From: a virus
Reading direction: 5' to 3' (one strand)
Length of the DNA stretch: 64,000 nt
Virus record (IMG/VR): IMGVR_UViG_3300030098_005194
Location: 38,397 to 102,396 of that record
Shown: positions 1-9,691 of the stretch, piece by piece
Numbering within the stretch: the first letter of the stretch is position 1
How the letters are laid out: every line of letters begins with the position of its first letter
Notes under the pieces: model-generated
Databases searched by the model: none
Seen by the model: only the letters and a program-made list of their open reading frames with translations
Told to the model about the DNA's origin: nothing
Made by a program: the position numbers and the translations under genes

Positions 1-1
1 C

Positions 2-94
2 AAGCAAATAAGGGAGTTGTTGCTAGTGAGTAACTACACTGTTGAAATGGATTTTACAATTTACTACAATCAAGGAGAGGAATACTATGTGTAA
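2..94 (+). CDS. 3' end of a hypothetical gene (partial, ...KQIRELLLVSNYTVEMDFTIYYNQGEEYYV*)
   Basis: Read manually; open frame from window edge to TAA 92-94, overlapping the next ATG. Confidence 0.45.
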   Translation, partial: KQIRELLLVSNYTVEMDFTIYYNQGEEYYV

Positions 95-173
95 ACATCC
101 AGAGTGCAAAAGCTGGACTAACCCGTTCACCAACCTGTGTTTTTACCACACTCTCTGGGGTGACGAGGAATGA
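87..173 (+). CDS. 28-aa Cys/His zinc-finger-like microprotein (MCKHPECKSWTNPFTNLCFYHTLWGDEE)
   Basis: GGAGAGG SD just upstream of ATG87; C-x4-C...C-x2-H pattern; ATGA overlap with next ORF. Confidence 0.55.
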   Translation: MCKHPECKSWTNPFTNLCFYHTLWGDEE

Positions 174-241
174 GCATCATATATGACCTGATGAAATCCT
201 TGCTCATGATTAATATTGAAGATTTGGAGGAGATAGAATAG
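170..241 (+). CDS. 23-aa hypothetical microprotein (MSIIYDLMKSLLMINIEDLEEIE)
   Basis: ATGA coupling with upstream ORF; GGGGTGA/GAGG SD upstream. Confidence 0.4.
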   Translation: MSIIYDLMKSLLMINIEDLEEIE

Positions 242-317
242 ACTCTGATGATGACGTTGGCGGAGTTGAGTTTCCAAGATTCTGGCACTGGGTAGCTACC
301 AAAGTGGGTCTTCTGCT

Positions 318-635
318 CTAACAGTCCACAGCGTCAGTGAAGCCCTCTTGGGTCTTCAGATGCAGGTAGCACTGCTTCAGTAAGTTATACTGAGTCTTAG
401 TGTTAGCAGTGTCCAATTCAAATTCGCCATTGAAACTACTGATTGCCGATGCGTCTTGCTCGTAGGCATCGTCACTGGCATACACCTTACCACGATATTT
501 GACATTGAATGACTTTACTTTATCACCATCCCCAGTGATATCTACCCTCTTATCCACACGGGCATCAACTATGACGCAATATGCGTAATCGCATGTTATT
601 CCGAACTCTGTCTCGTACTCTACCTTCAATGCCAT
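318..635 (-). CDS. putative tail fibre assembly/accessory protein (last gene of late operon)
   Basis: ORF track 318..668; likely start MALKV at 635 after GGAGAAGGT; position after fibre genes; C-terminal 'CYLHLKT..F.DAVDC' typical of such small phage proteins. Confidence 0.55.
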   Translation of the reverse strand: MALKVEYETEFGITCDYAYCVIVDARVDKRVDITGDGDKVKSFNVKYRGKVYASDDAYEQDASAISSFNGEFELDTANTKTQYNLLKQCYLHLKTQEGFTDAVDC

Positions 636-675
636 ACCTTCTCCTCCATATTTTTCTTTATTAAACATTTATCAC

Positions 676-1281
676 TTACGAGAATGTGTACTCTATATTT
701 ACAGAAGCAACAGCACTACCACCTGCGCTAGTGGCTGTGCAAGTAATAACCGTGTGCCATACATCACCTGCTGCTGGCATTAAAAATCCAGCCTTACTAC
801 CACCAAAAGTCAATCTAGCCTTTTCACCCACTCCATCATCAGTACCAGAGATAGCGAGAGAGTTTTGTGCTGTGCTTGCCGTCCCTATGATAGAAGCACT
901 ATTGCCGTTTGATAGGCTGTTGTTCTCACCTATGCTAACATCCCACTCAAATGTAGTACCAGCGGGCATACCACCAGCAGCAGAGGTGGTTAAGAAGCCA
1001 CCAAACTCCAAAGTTGCAGCGGATGCATTACCGGTGTACGCAGAAAGCACATCACTTGAGGCTATAGTAGCTTGATAAGCACCATTACTGAAACTGCTAC
1101 CATCGTGGGCAAATGGTGAAGAAAATGGCTCAACTTCTGCTATATCAACGGCATCATTGTTACCGCTACCGGAGGAGGGGTCATAATCGAATATTCTCAA
1201 ACCCGATGGTGCGGCTACAGTAGCATTTGCCGTTTTCAGTTGTTGTGCGACACCAGCGACACCTACCATTATCGAAGCCAT
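676..1281 (-). CDS. virion structural protein (S/G/A/T-rich beta protein, likely fibre tip partner)
   Basis: ORF 676..1305; GGGTGA SD supports start MASIM at 1281; composition and position. Confidence 0.6.
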   Translation of the reverse strand: MASIMVGVAGVAQQLKTANATVAAPSGLRIFDYDPSSGSGNNDAVDIAEVEPFSSPFAHDGSSFSNGAYQATIASSDVLSAYTGNASAATLEFGGFLTTSAAGGMPAGTTFEWDVSIGENNSLSNGNSASIIGTASTAQNSLAISGTDDGVGEKARLTFGGSKAGFLMPAAGDVWHTVITCTATSAGGSAVASVNIEYTFS

Positions 1282-1286
1282 CTCAA

Positions 1287-2933
1287 TCACCCAATGTATA
1301 TCCAAGTGTTAGCAGCAACCGCCACATAGGTTCTAGCAGTCTCATCAGACATAGCAGCATGAGCAGTCCACCCTGATGCTATTGCGTTTGATGTACCAAG
1401 TGCGGGTGTTGCTGAACCACCTGTGTTGTTGATGATTGTGTATTGCTGACCCGACTCTGCTGTTGCAGGTAGAGTCAGTGTACCTGCCGTCCAGTAGACG
1501 TATGAGCCGGATTGAGCATCTGTGAGTGTTGTGTTGCCACTTACCGCCTTTACCTTAATCTTGAGAGCCTTGATTCCGTTTGAATCTCCCTTTATCCAAG
1601 TAACCCCACCATCACCACTACCTATGATAATCTGGTCATCACCTGTTGCGACATCAACATCAAAGTTACCAATTACTAGATTGTTATCTCCCGTAGTGAT
1701 ATTATCCCCTGCTTGATACCCAATGCAGATATTGCTATCAGCAGCACCGGACATATTCCCTCCCGCTATATAGCCAATTAGAGTGTTGTTGCCACCACTA
1801 GCAATACCATCACCAGCCATAGAGCCGATAATTACGTTATAAGAGGCGTTGAGGCTTTTTCCAGCTTCTCTCCCAATAAATACGTTATTTGTACTACTGC
1901 TAGCAGTTGAGCCAGCATTGTAACCTACTGCTGTATTAGAACCCCCGCCGGTCAAAGCAGTTAGGGCACTCCACCCAACAGCAACATTTGCAGAAGCACC
2001 TGCTCCGTTATCTATAGTATATGCACCAATACATACGTTATCTTCTCCGTAAGTTATTGACTTGCCCGCATGATGGCCGATATATACTGCTTCATGTGAG
2101 TTAGTAACGCTTTTACCGGCTTCTGTTCCTATGGCTACGTTACTATGTCCAGAAGTCATACCAGCAGAAAATACATCTTTTCCTATTCCTATGTTATCTG
2201 TTGCACTACTTAGTGTGCCGCCTTGAGGTGGGGCTGCACCATCCGGTGAAATTAGAATACTGTCTGTGAAGTTAGTGGTGTTGCTGATTACATCTGTTAA
2301 ATCATTGAGAGCAGAAGCACCACCACCTGCATTAGCATCGACATACGCCTTTATGTTTCCTTGAGTTGCCAATTTGGTATCTGATGTACCAAGGTTATCG
2401 TTATCCTCTATCTCAGTGACCCTAGCCCCACTTCCAATCTGTAATCCTGAATCACTGATATTGAACCTAGCAGTTCCTCCTGTTTGGAAAGACTGCGTAT
2501 CTGTGCCAAATGCGATTTTGTTGTTAGTGTCTCCTGAGTGAATTAAGTCACTAGCGAGTGTGACTGTTGAGAACGTCACATCGTCTGAGGTTCCAACAGC
2601 CTGACCTATTGCTACATCATTTGCATTGACAGTCACACCAGTCCCTGCCCCTACTGCTAGGGTTCTAGTGGATGCGATAGTGCCTCCACCAGTCAGACCA
2701 TTACCAGCAGATATTGAAACGCCACTGTGGTCTATGTGTTCATTTGCCACGAAATCAGAGAAGCCATCATGGAAAGCACCACCTGATACTGCAACTGCTG
2801 TTCCACCAAGAGTAATTGCATCAGCCTCTAACGTACCATCAACATCTACGTCCCCCGATATATCGAGGCTAGCTGCCGTTACACCTTCGACAACTACAAG
2901 CCCTTTTTTTACCTTAAAATCTTTCTCTGACAA
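1287..2933 (-). CDS. tail fibre protein with N(T/V)x(V/I)GxxA beta-helix repeats
   Basis: ~10 repeats such as NVAIGTEAG, NTAVGYNAG, NVFIGREAG; N-terminus SEKDFKVKKGL shared with the 850-aa fibre. Confidence 0.8.
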   Translation of the reverse strand: MSEKDFKVKKGLVVVEGVTAASLDISGDVDVDGTLEADAITLGGTAVAVSGGAFHDGFSDFVANEHIDHSGVSISAGNGLTGGGTIASTRTLAVGAGTGVTVNANDVAIGQAVGTSDDVTFSTVTLASDLIHSGDTNNKIAFGTDTQSFQTGGTARFNISDSGLQIGSGARVTEIEDNDNLGTSDTKLATQGNIKAYVDANAGGGASALNDLTDVISNTTNFTDSILISPDGAAPPQGGTLSSATDNIGIGKDVFSAGMTSGHSNVAIGTEAGKSVTNSHEAVYIGHHAGKSITYGEDNVCIGAYTIDNGAGASANVAVGWSALTALTGGGSNTAVGYNAGSTASSSTNNVFIGREAGKSLNASYNVIIGSMAGDGIASGGNNTLIGYIAGGNMSGAADSNICIGYQAGDNITTGDNNLVIGNFDVDVATGDDQIIIGSGDGGVTWIKGDSNGIKALKIKVKAVSGNTTLTDAQSGSYVYWTAGTLTLPATAESGQQYTIINNTGGSATPALGTSNAIASGWTAHAAMSDETARTYVAVAANTWIYIG

Positions 2934-2958
2934 ATTACCACCATGATTTCACTTTCCA

Positions 2959-5511
2959 TCATAATACGAGTTGTGTTGCTACTGCTCTGAATTTGTAGTT
3001 TTCAGAAGATGAACCTACTGGGTCATACTTCACAACTACGTTGTCGCTGCTTACTGTGGCTGTGATTGTCGCTAGGTCTGTGGTTGTACTCATGTAACCA
3101 TATGTCGTGAGTTGAACATCGGACCCGCTTCTCCATTGGACAAGTGTTTCACCCATCTCAAATTGTGCTGTGCTAGCATCTCCAGTGGTTAGAAGCTCTA
3201 CTGACCACACTATCTTAGCTGCTCTGAAAACAGTCTTATCGAAGGTAAAGAGGTCGATTGCTGCACCACTTGAAGAAGAGGCGCTGTTACTAGAATTAAC
3301 TCCTAATACTGATACGCTGTTGACACCTAGAGTAGTCCCATTTACTTGACCAGCCGAACTGTATATCACAGCCTTGCTATTAACTATACTACCAGCGGAA
3401 GAACCATCCACCAGATTCAGCTCGGTGGCAGTGGATGAGATGTTTGTACCGCCGATATCAAGGGTGGTAGCGCTTAACTCGCCCGCAACAGTGACTATGC
3501 CGCTTGCTACTGTAATCAAGTCGGTGTCTCCAGTGTGACCAATGTTTGAGCCGTTTATGAGGACGTTATCGACTGTCAGGGTTGTCAGTGTACCCACAGA
3601 TGTCAAGCTAGAGCTTACGACACCTGACCCCAGCGTTGTTGCATTCAACACTGTCGTGCCATTGATGCTAAGGTGCTTACCATTGGCCAAGTCCAAATCA
3701 TCTGAGACTTGGAATCCGTGGCTACTGTCGTACTGAATGCTGTGTAGACTTGTGCCCGGCACGAAGATACCGCTACCGTCAGCAGTTGCTTCAGTGGTGT
3801 TGGCAGAGGAATGTTGCATAGTAGCACCAGCACCCACTGTACCAGAAGTACCATGACCATCTAGCACGAAAGTGTTAGTTGCTACACTGCTTACGGTATA
3901 TACTCCATCTGTAATGCTATTACCCATGTTTGAGACAAATATGGATTCGCCATTTGAGAAACCGTGACTTGCAGATGTCACTGTGACCGTCGAGGAGCTT
4001 CTAGCATATGTGGCGTCTTCCATTCCACCAGCTATGCCCAGAAGCATCGATTTGTCTTCGGCCACGATTGCCGTGGTGTTGATTACAGTCTGGTCCCCGT
4101 TTACAGTTAAATTACCAGTGATTGTCACGTTGTCACCAAAAGTAACCTCTGAGGTTCCATGTCCAATCGTAATCGCTGTGCCAGATATACCAGTCCCTAG
4201 CAGAATAGCCTCGCTGCTGTTAGCAGTAGAAACTGAAAAATACACATCTGAACCTTGTTTGATTGTGAAAGCAGCATCATCGTTATCATCCATAGCTACG
4301 TTTATGCTACTACCATCAGCAGATATGCTGTCAAGAGCTATATCCCCGACATTTGTTATATTTCCATCAGATACGCTCAAGCTATCTACTGTGGCCGCAC
4401 CAGTGTTAAATGTGCTACTACCGTTGTCTATGTTACCGAATCCTGATGATATTGCCCCAGCGTCTAGTGTGCCAACTGATGTAATCTGCGTTTGTGCTGC
4501 ATCCACAGCAAGCACACCACTTGAAGCAGTTAGTCCAGTGCCATCTATTGCGGCTATGATATCAGCTAACGATTCCTTTCTTGTTGCATTAGAGTCATTT
4601 GCATCTATTATGGCTATGCTATCATTGGCTATATCCACAGCGGCAGCAGTTAGACCATTCAAATCTAAACTGAAAGTAAGGTCGTAAGGGTCACCATCTG
4701 AACCATTTGATGTATCAGTCCAATTGATATCAAGACCACCAGTATCAATAAATTTGACTTCTTTATTTTCATCAATGGTAACTTCAGTGCCATCGCCGTC
4801 TTCTAGCACGAATCCGCTCCCCATGCCATCTGCGCCAGAGGCTGAATTAGTTGGCTCCCATACACCACTTGAACCGTTATAAGCCAAAACTTGACCATTA
4901 GAAGGAGTTGTTGCTATTCCTATCTTGGTAATTTCACCCGCGCTATTTATCCTGATGGATGTTTTGCTATCAACGCCATGAGTGCCATCCAGTCCTATTT
5001 CAAAGGTATCAGCGCTGTCATCGATACCCAATCTAAAATTTTTCTCGTTACCAAGAAAACGGAGCATGGTGTCCTCTGCTCCGCTATCACCTATCGATAG
5101 GGTTGGCGTAGTACCAAGGACTTGAACATCCTGATGGAATTCCACTAACTCAGAGCTATTAGTGGTAATAATTTTCATGTAGTTGTCTCCAGTGCTACTC
5201 ACTATACCAAGAGCCCCAGATTGGTTGTCAACGATGGTGATGCCAATGTCAGTGTTGTCAGCAGTAATGGTATCCAATGCTATTGAGCCTACGTTCGTGA
5301 TATTCTGGTCGTTGAAAGAAGTGGCTTTATGCAAGGTAATCGCTTCAGAGCTATTTGTCGTATCAAGAGTTATGTAGGCATTAGAGCCCTCTTTCACAAC
5401 TAATGATGTGCTACTGTTATCCAATATCTTCACAGAGGATGCGGCTTTGAACTCCAAATCCCCATTCTCTACAGTCAATCCTTTCTTTACTTTAAAATCA
5501 CGCTCGGTCAT
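2959..5511 (-). CDS. tail fibre / virion structural protein (850 aa)
   Basis: Ser/Thr/Gly-rich fibre repeats (LTSVGTLT, ATELNLVDG); C-terminal FRAAK...TTYG domain. Confidence 0.8.
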   Translation of the reverse strand: MTERDFKVKKGLTVENGDLEFKAASSVKILDNSSTSLVVKEGSNAYITLDTTNSSEAITLHKATSFNDQNITNVGSIALDTITADNTDIGITIVDNQSGALGIVSSTGDNYMKIITTNSSELVEFHQDVQVLGTTPTLSIGDSGAEDTMLRFLGNEKNFRLGIDDSADTFEIGLDGTHGVDSKTSIRINSAGEITKIGIATTPSNGQVLAYNGSSGVWEPTNSASGADGMGSGFVLEDGDGTEVTIDENKEVKFIDTGGLDINWTDTSNGSDGDPYDLTFSLDLNGLTAAAVDIANDSIAIIDANDSNATRKESLADIIAAIDGTGLTASSGVLAVDAAQTQITSVGTLDAGAISSGFGNIDNGSSTFNTGAATVDSLSVSDGNITNVGDIALDSISADGSSINVAMDDNDDAAFTIKQGSDVYFSVSTANSSEAILLGTGISGTAITIGHGTSEVTFGDNVTITGNLTVNGDQTVINTTAIVAEDKSMLLGIAGGMEDATYARSSSTVTVTSASHGFSNGESIFVSNMGNSITDGVYTVSSVATNTFVLDGHGTSGTVGAGATMQHSSANTTEATADGSGIFVPGTSLHSIQYDSSHGFQVSDDLDLANGKHLSINGTTVLNATTLGSGVVSSSLTSVGTLTTLTVDNVLINGSNIGHTGDTDLITVASGIVTVAGELSATTLDIGGTNISSTATELNLVDGSSAGSIVNSKAVIYSSAGQVNGTTLGVNSVSVLGVNSSNSASSSSGAAIDLFTFDKTVFRAAKIVWSVELLTTGDASTAQFEMGETLVQWRSGSDVQLTTYGYMSTTTDLATITATVSSDNVVVKYDPVGSSSENYKFRAVATQLVL

Positions 5512-5514
5512 CTA

Positions 5515-7950
5515 CTATGCCACCATCCCTTGCCAAGTGACTCTCGCATCGTACTGAACACTGTTTATCTCTGGTGTGATAACTAAATTAAGGTTACCGC
5601 TAGATACAGTGACGCTATAGGTCGCTTGGAGTGTTTCACTGGCGTTCGATTGCACAACGCCGTATGTTGTTATTCTACCATCAGAACCATCGTGGGTGAC
5701 CACTGCTTCTGCCGCCTCAATGACTCTATTACCGGGACTACCACCGCCTGTACCATCATCGCCATCAACTTCTATCAAAAGCTTGGCTGAACGGAATTGG
5801 GATACGGCAAACAGAGCCATTGTGATTACGTTGCTACCATTGTTGTCGGTGCTAGACAAAGTGCCTGTGACCTCACCAAAGCCCAAGTTGGCTATCTGTA
5901 GTGGAGCCAATGGTGTTGCTTGGTTAATACCGACTTTAGCGGGATTAGACCCGTCAGTATCCACTACGAAATCATTAGTATTGATAGCCACATCGCCTGA
6001 GCCTGTTATCGTTGAGAAGTTTCCAGCACCGTACACAGTGTCAAAGTAACCAGCGGTGAAACGTGTGGCATCTGCACCTATGTTGAAGCTACTGTCTGCG
6101 CTAGGGTATATGTTTTGATTGAAAGTCCAAGCATCATTGGCATTGCTCCATAGAATGCTTCTATCGCTTGCAGATTTGAGGATGAGTCCACCGCCGTCAG
6201 CATTAGCATCACTTGGGCTACCAACTGCATTGAGTTCCACATGCTTGTCATCCACAGTGATAGTGGTGCTTGAGATTGTGGTTGTGCTACCGCTAACAGT
6301 TAGGTCGCCTGTTACAATTAGATTCTGTCCTATCGTAACTGCTGCATCGCTTGGTCCTATCGATGTAATAGTCGGTTGTGCCGCATCAACTCCTATTACA
6401 GCGCTAGATGCAGTCAATCCTGTGCCAGCTAATAGCGTAGCAATATCGTCTATTGATTCCTTTCTTGTGGTATTAGAATCGGTTGCGTCAGCTATAGCGA
6501 GGAAATCTCCAGATGCTATTGAGGCTGCAGTCAGGGAGTGTATTCCTACTGTGCTTGTGGCAAACAAAGTCGCAAAATTTCCAGTAGTCAGAACAGCATC
6601 AGCGTTTAATCTCAGATAAGTACCACTGCCACTGTCCTTCCACAGTGTATTGGCGGCAGTGCCGGGATTGCTGGAGGTTGGTGTAAACTCAAGACCAGTT
6701 GGCGCTTTTAGGAGCGAGCCGGACATAATGATAGGTCCACCGACATTCAAAGTGTTAGTGCCTGTAGTGAATGAGAGGTCAGTATCGGAAGTGAAACCGC
6801 TAGACCCATCACTGAGTTGTATAAGTCCAGAAGCCCCTGATGCTGCCGTGGATGCTGATGTAGAGGAGAAAGCGGTGTACCAAGCAGTGCCATTGTAGAC
6901 TATCACAGCACCTGAGTTGCCGTTTATCGTTATGTCATTGGAACCATTCTCAAATGTTATTGCGTTACTGGAGTGCAGATTGCTAACATAAACAACGTGT
7001 CCGGGCGGGAATGGCGAGTCGCTTGTATCAGGAGTCAGAGTTATTGCGCTACTTGGAGTGAGTATGAAGAAGTTGTAACCATCGTACTCAAACGTCAAAT
7101 CACTGCTAGGACTAGAGACTAGAGCCTTGTTGGGTCCAAGCCTATGGGTTCTCCTAGAACCACCCTGAGTGCCTGAGAAAAACAGGACATCTTCGCCAGC
7201 AGGGTCACTGCTCATCCAGAGGGCTCCTAAATCTGAAGCTGTAAATGCCCCGTTTTCAGTGCCACCGCCCTGCATACCATCCAAATCCTGATGCTCGTTG
7301 ATTCTGTTGGAATCACTCACTGTGGCGCCAACTGCGCCAGTGGACATCCTACCGAGATAGATTGGGGAAGGTCTGATGAAGGTCCTGACATCGTAGATTG
7401 TCTGAATGTCTATGTCCATCGTTGTGCTGTTACTAGCATAATCGGCTTTGACTAAAGCTAATACCACAGTTTGGTCAACGTCGAGTGCGCCTCCCTCGTT
7501 CAAGAACGAGCTTGGCGTTACTGGGAAACTGGAAGTAGCGCTACTTCTCTCTATCCCTATTCTCTTTACGCCCGTAGAATTGTCGGTTGTGACATAAACC
7601 ACGAAAATAACGGACTGTCCACTAGTTAGAGCAGAACCGTAACTTGAATTGTCCAAATCGACATTGAATGTGTCTGCTGGTGCGTTCGATGAGTATCCGC
7701 CAGCAAAATCGACTAGTAAGCCGTCTATTACAGCAAATCCTCCTTTTATTCTGATTGTGCTTGCATCGACTTTCGACACTGCACCTGATAAGGAGGCAGG
7801 GGTGTTTCTGATACCAGAGCCAGTTGCATAGTCCTCTAGCATGAAAACGCCGTTTCCATGAGCTGCTTCTAGCATGTTAGTCAGTGATGAGGAAAATATG
7901 AATCCCCCATCCTGCAAGTTGTCTGTGTGTGTTTTCAACGGATTTGACAT
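5515..7950 (-). CDS. tail fibre / baseplate-attached protein (811 aa)
   Basis: Shares RKES..D..GTGLTASS module and C-terminal FRSAK...TTYG domain with the 850-aa gene. Confidence 0.75.
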   Translation of the reverse strand: MSNPLKTHTDNLQDGGFIFSSSLTNMLEAAHGNGVFMLEDYATGSGIRNTPASLSGAVSKVDASTIRIKGGFAVIDGLLVDFAGGYSSNAPADTFNVDLDNSSYGSALTSGQSVIFVVYVTTDNSTGVKRIGIERSSATSSFPVTPSSFLNEGGALDVDQTVVLALVKADYASNSTTMDIDIQTIYDVRTFIRPSPIYLGRMSTGAVGATVSDSNRINEHQDLDGMQGGGTENGAFTASDLGALWMSSDPAGEDVLFFSGTQGGSRRTHRLGPNKALVSSPSSDLTFEYDGYNFFILTPSSAITLTPDTSDSPFPPGHVVYVSNLHSSNAITFENGSNDITINGNSGAVIVYNGTAWYTAFSSTSASTAASGASGLIQLSDGSSGFTSDTDLSFTTGTNTLNVGGPIIMSGSLLKAPTGLEFTPTSSNPGTAANTLWKDSGSGTYLRLNADAVLTTGNFATLFATSTVGIHSLTAASIASGDFLAIADATDSNTTRKESIDDIATLLAGTGLTASSAVIGVDAAQPTITSIGPSDAAVTIGQNLIVTGDLTVSGSTTTISSTTITVDDKHVELNAVGSPSDANADGGGLILKSASDRSILWSNANDAWTFNQNIYPSADSSFNIGADATRFTAGYFDTVYGAGNFSTITGSGDVAINTNDFVVDTDGSNPAKVGINQATPLAPLQIANLGFGEVTGTLSSTDNNGSNVITMALFAVSQFRSAKLLIEVDGDDGTGGGSPGNRVIEAAEAVVTHDGSDGRITTYGVVQSNASETLQATYSVTVSSGNLNLVITPEINSVQYDARVTWQGMVA

Positions 7951-8297
7951 TATTTCACCTCTATCAATAATTGGATTTTTATCTCATTCTCAGTTGTTTT
8001 GAGAATTGGAGCGAAGACGTGTCTGCTTACTGGTGTGAAGCCACTGGTGTCCCTCATCTGAACATAGACTTCCTTGATGGTTTCATCGTAGCTTTCTGTT
8101 GTGGGTAGTGTGGCTTCCACTAACAGACTATTGCTATCAAGTATCTTGACGGTGGGGGTGAGAGTCACAGGGGCTGGTTTTCCGGGTGAGCCATCGCTAC
8201 TAGTTGCAGGTGTACCATCGAAACCTACTTTGACTTCGTTTATGTTATTGGCGATAGTCTCCACCAAGAGCCTCTTCAAATAATCATTAACTGCCAT
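7950..8297 (-). CDS. small baseplate/tail-fibre attachment protein
   Basis: G.DGT..T..D and IKEV...SRHVF.PI.KT pattern resembling fibre-anchor N-terminal domains; position. Confidence 0.5.
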   Translation of the reverse strand: MAVNDYLKRLLVETIANNINEVKVGFDGTPATSSDGSPGKPAPVTLTPTVKILDSNSLLVEATLPTTESYDETIKEVYVQMRDTSGFTPVSRHVFAPILKTTENEIKIQLLIEVK

Positions 8298-9691
8298 TAG
8301 AACACCAAAAACCTCTCATCTGCTTCTTTTTTACCGAGTCCAATCGTTTTTGCACTACCGCCTATACTAACTCTGTTTGCGTTACGGCCTATTAGAAGAG
8401 GTGTACCGCTAACATCTGTCACAGTGAGGAGAAGGGTGGTCTTTATATCAATTTCATCAAAGAAACCGTAGTCAACTTGCTTTATTTGCTCATTTAGGTC
8501 ATCGCTGGTTATCTCTTCAGCTATCGCTTCGTCCTCAAACACGGACCTGATTGCTGTATCAGCACCTGATTCTAGTGTAAGGAAAGTAAAGTCGCTTAGT
8601 TGTGAGGCTAACATGTGGCTAGCTGACATGACGACATATTTTCTGTTGCCGTAACTAACAATCTCTCCCGGTCTTATGAACCAAGATTTTGGATGGCCTT
8701 TTGTTTCCATTCTCGTTGCTAGGAGTCTGTTTGCCTTGAGCATCTGTCTTGCTACGGACCTTGACTCCTGTTCTGACATTATAGAATTATCAAAGTGCGG
8801 CATGGGTTCCTCTGCAATTTCGATATTGAACCTGCCTTGTTGAGTAGCGTCATTGAGAGTAACAGATGAATTGTCATTCAAGGCGATTTGACGACCGACC
8901 ACTGTAACTCTGTTTGCACTGTCATCCACTGTGTTGGTATTTTCACTGTCCGTTCTCAAACTCGCTGATAGGAAATGTGGTTTTCTAGAATAGTTGAAAG
9001 GTATGAACAATAAGTTGCCATGCATGTCGTAATCTAAGATTCTATTATCCCTTCTTCCCAAAGTCGTGAGAGCTGTCATCAGGCTGGCATTGTTGAAATT
9101 ATGAGCGAAGAAAGTCTTGCTGTGTTTTTGCCTCTGTGTTGTTGCGTTAGCCACGGACAAAGGCTCGCCTATTGAAAAAGACGTTACTGTGCCATCTAGC
9201 TCCTTGCCGATTTCCAAAGCCAAATCAGTTGTTCTAAATCCTACGTTTATTGGCTGACCCATTTTCACCTCATCAGAAAAACCAAATGTTGACAGATTTT
9301 CATTTTTCATATTTGGCAAATGAACTCTTATTTTTTTATCCAAAACCTCTATTTTTTGTCTTAAAAGACGTTTTTTATTATCATTAGCATCATACAAAAT
9401 TTCTGATGAAGAGTCATTTCCATATGGCGTAAAAATATTTTCTTCAAAGGTATGACCCGGAGTTTTTGTGTGTGACACAAGCAAGGAGGACTCCTCTTCC
9501 TCTATCCTGTAACTGCCTTCTTTTGATACTCTGTAGGAAGTTGTGGAAATTGTGACTTTTGGTTTTTCAGATTGTTGGGACTCGTATTTTCCGTAGTGCA
9601 GAGCGTTGTCAACAAAGACTGGTTTTCTGATATCTACCATAACCTCAGTTAGCGATTCGGAAAAAGCACCCTTGGTCGATTGTATCCTCAT
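8297..9691 (-). CDS. putative baseplate hub / tail tip protein (464 aa)
   Basis: Position; NRVTVVG, A..ML, IRPGEIV pattern typical of hub/Tal-like proteins. Confidence 0.55.
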   Translation of the reverse strand: MRIQSTKGAFSESLTEVMVDIRKPVFVDNALHYGKYESQQSEKPKVTISTTSYRVSKEGSYRIEEEESSLLVSHTKTPGHTFEENIFTPYGNDSSSEILYDANDNKKRLLRQKIEVLDKKIRVHLPNMKNENLSTFGFSDEVKMGQPINVGFRTTDLALEIGKELDGTVTSFSIGEPLSVANATTQRQKHSKTFFAHNFNNASLMTALTTLGRRDNRILDYDMHGNLLFIPFNYSRKPHFLSASLRTDSENTNTVDDSANRVTVVGRQIALNDNSSVTLNDATQQGRFNIEIAEEPMPHFDNSIMSEQESRSVARQMLKANRLLATRMETKGHPKSWFIRPGEIVSYGNRKYVVMSASHMLASQLSDFTFLTLESGADTAIRSVFEDEAIAEEITSDDLNEQIKQVDYGFFDEIDIKTTLLLTVTDVSGTPLLIGRNANRVSIGGSAKTIGLGKKEADERFLVF

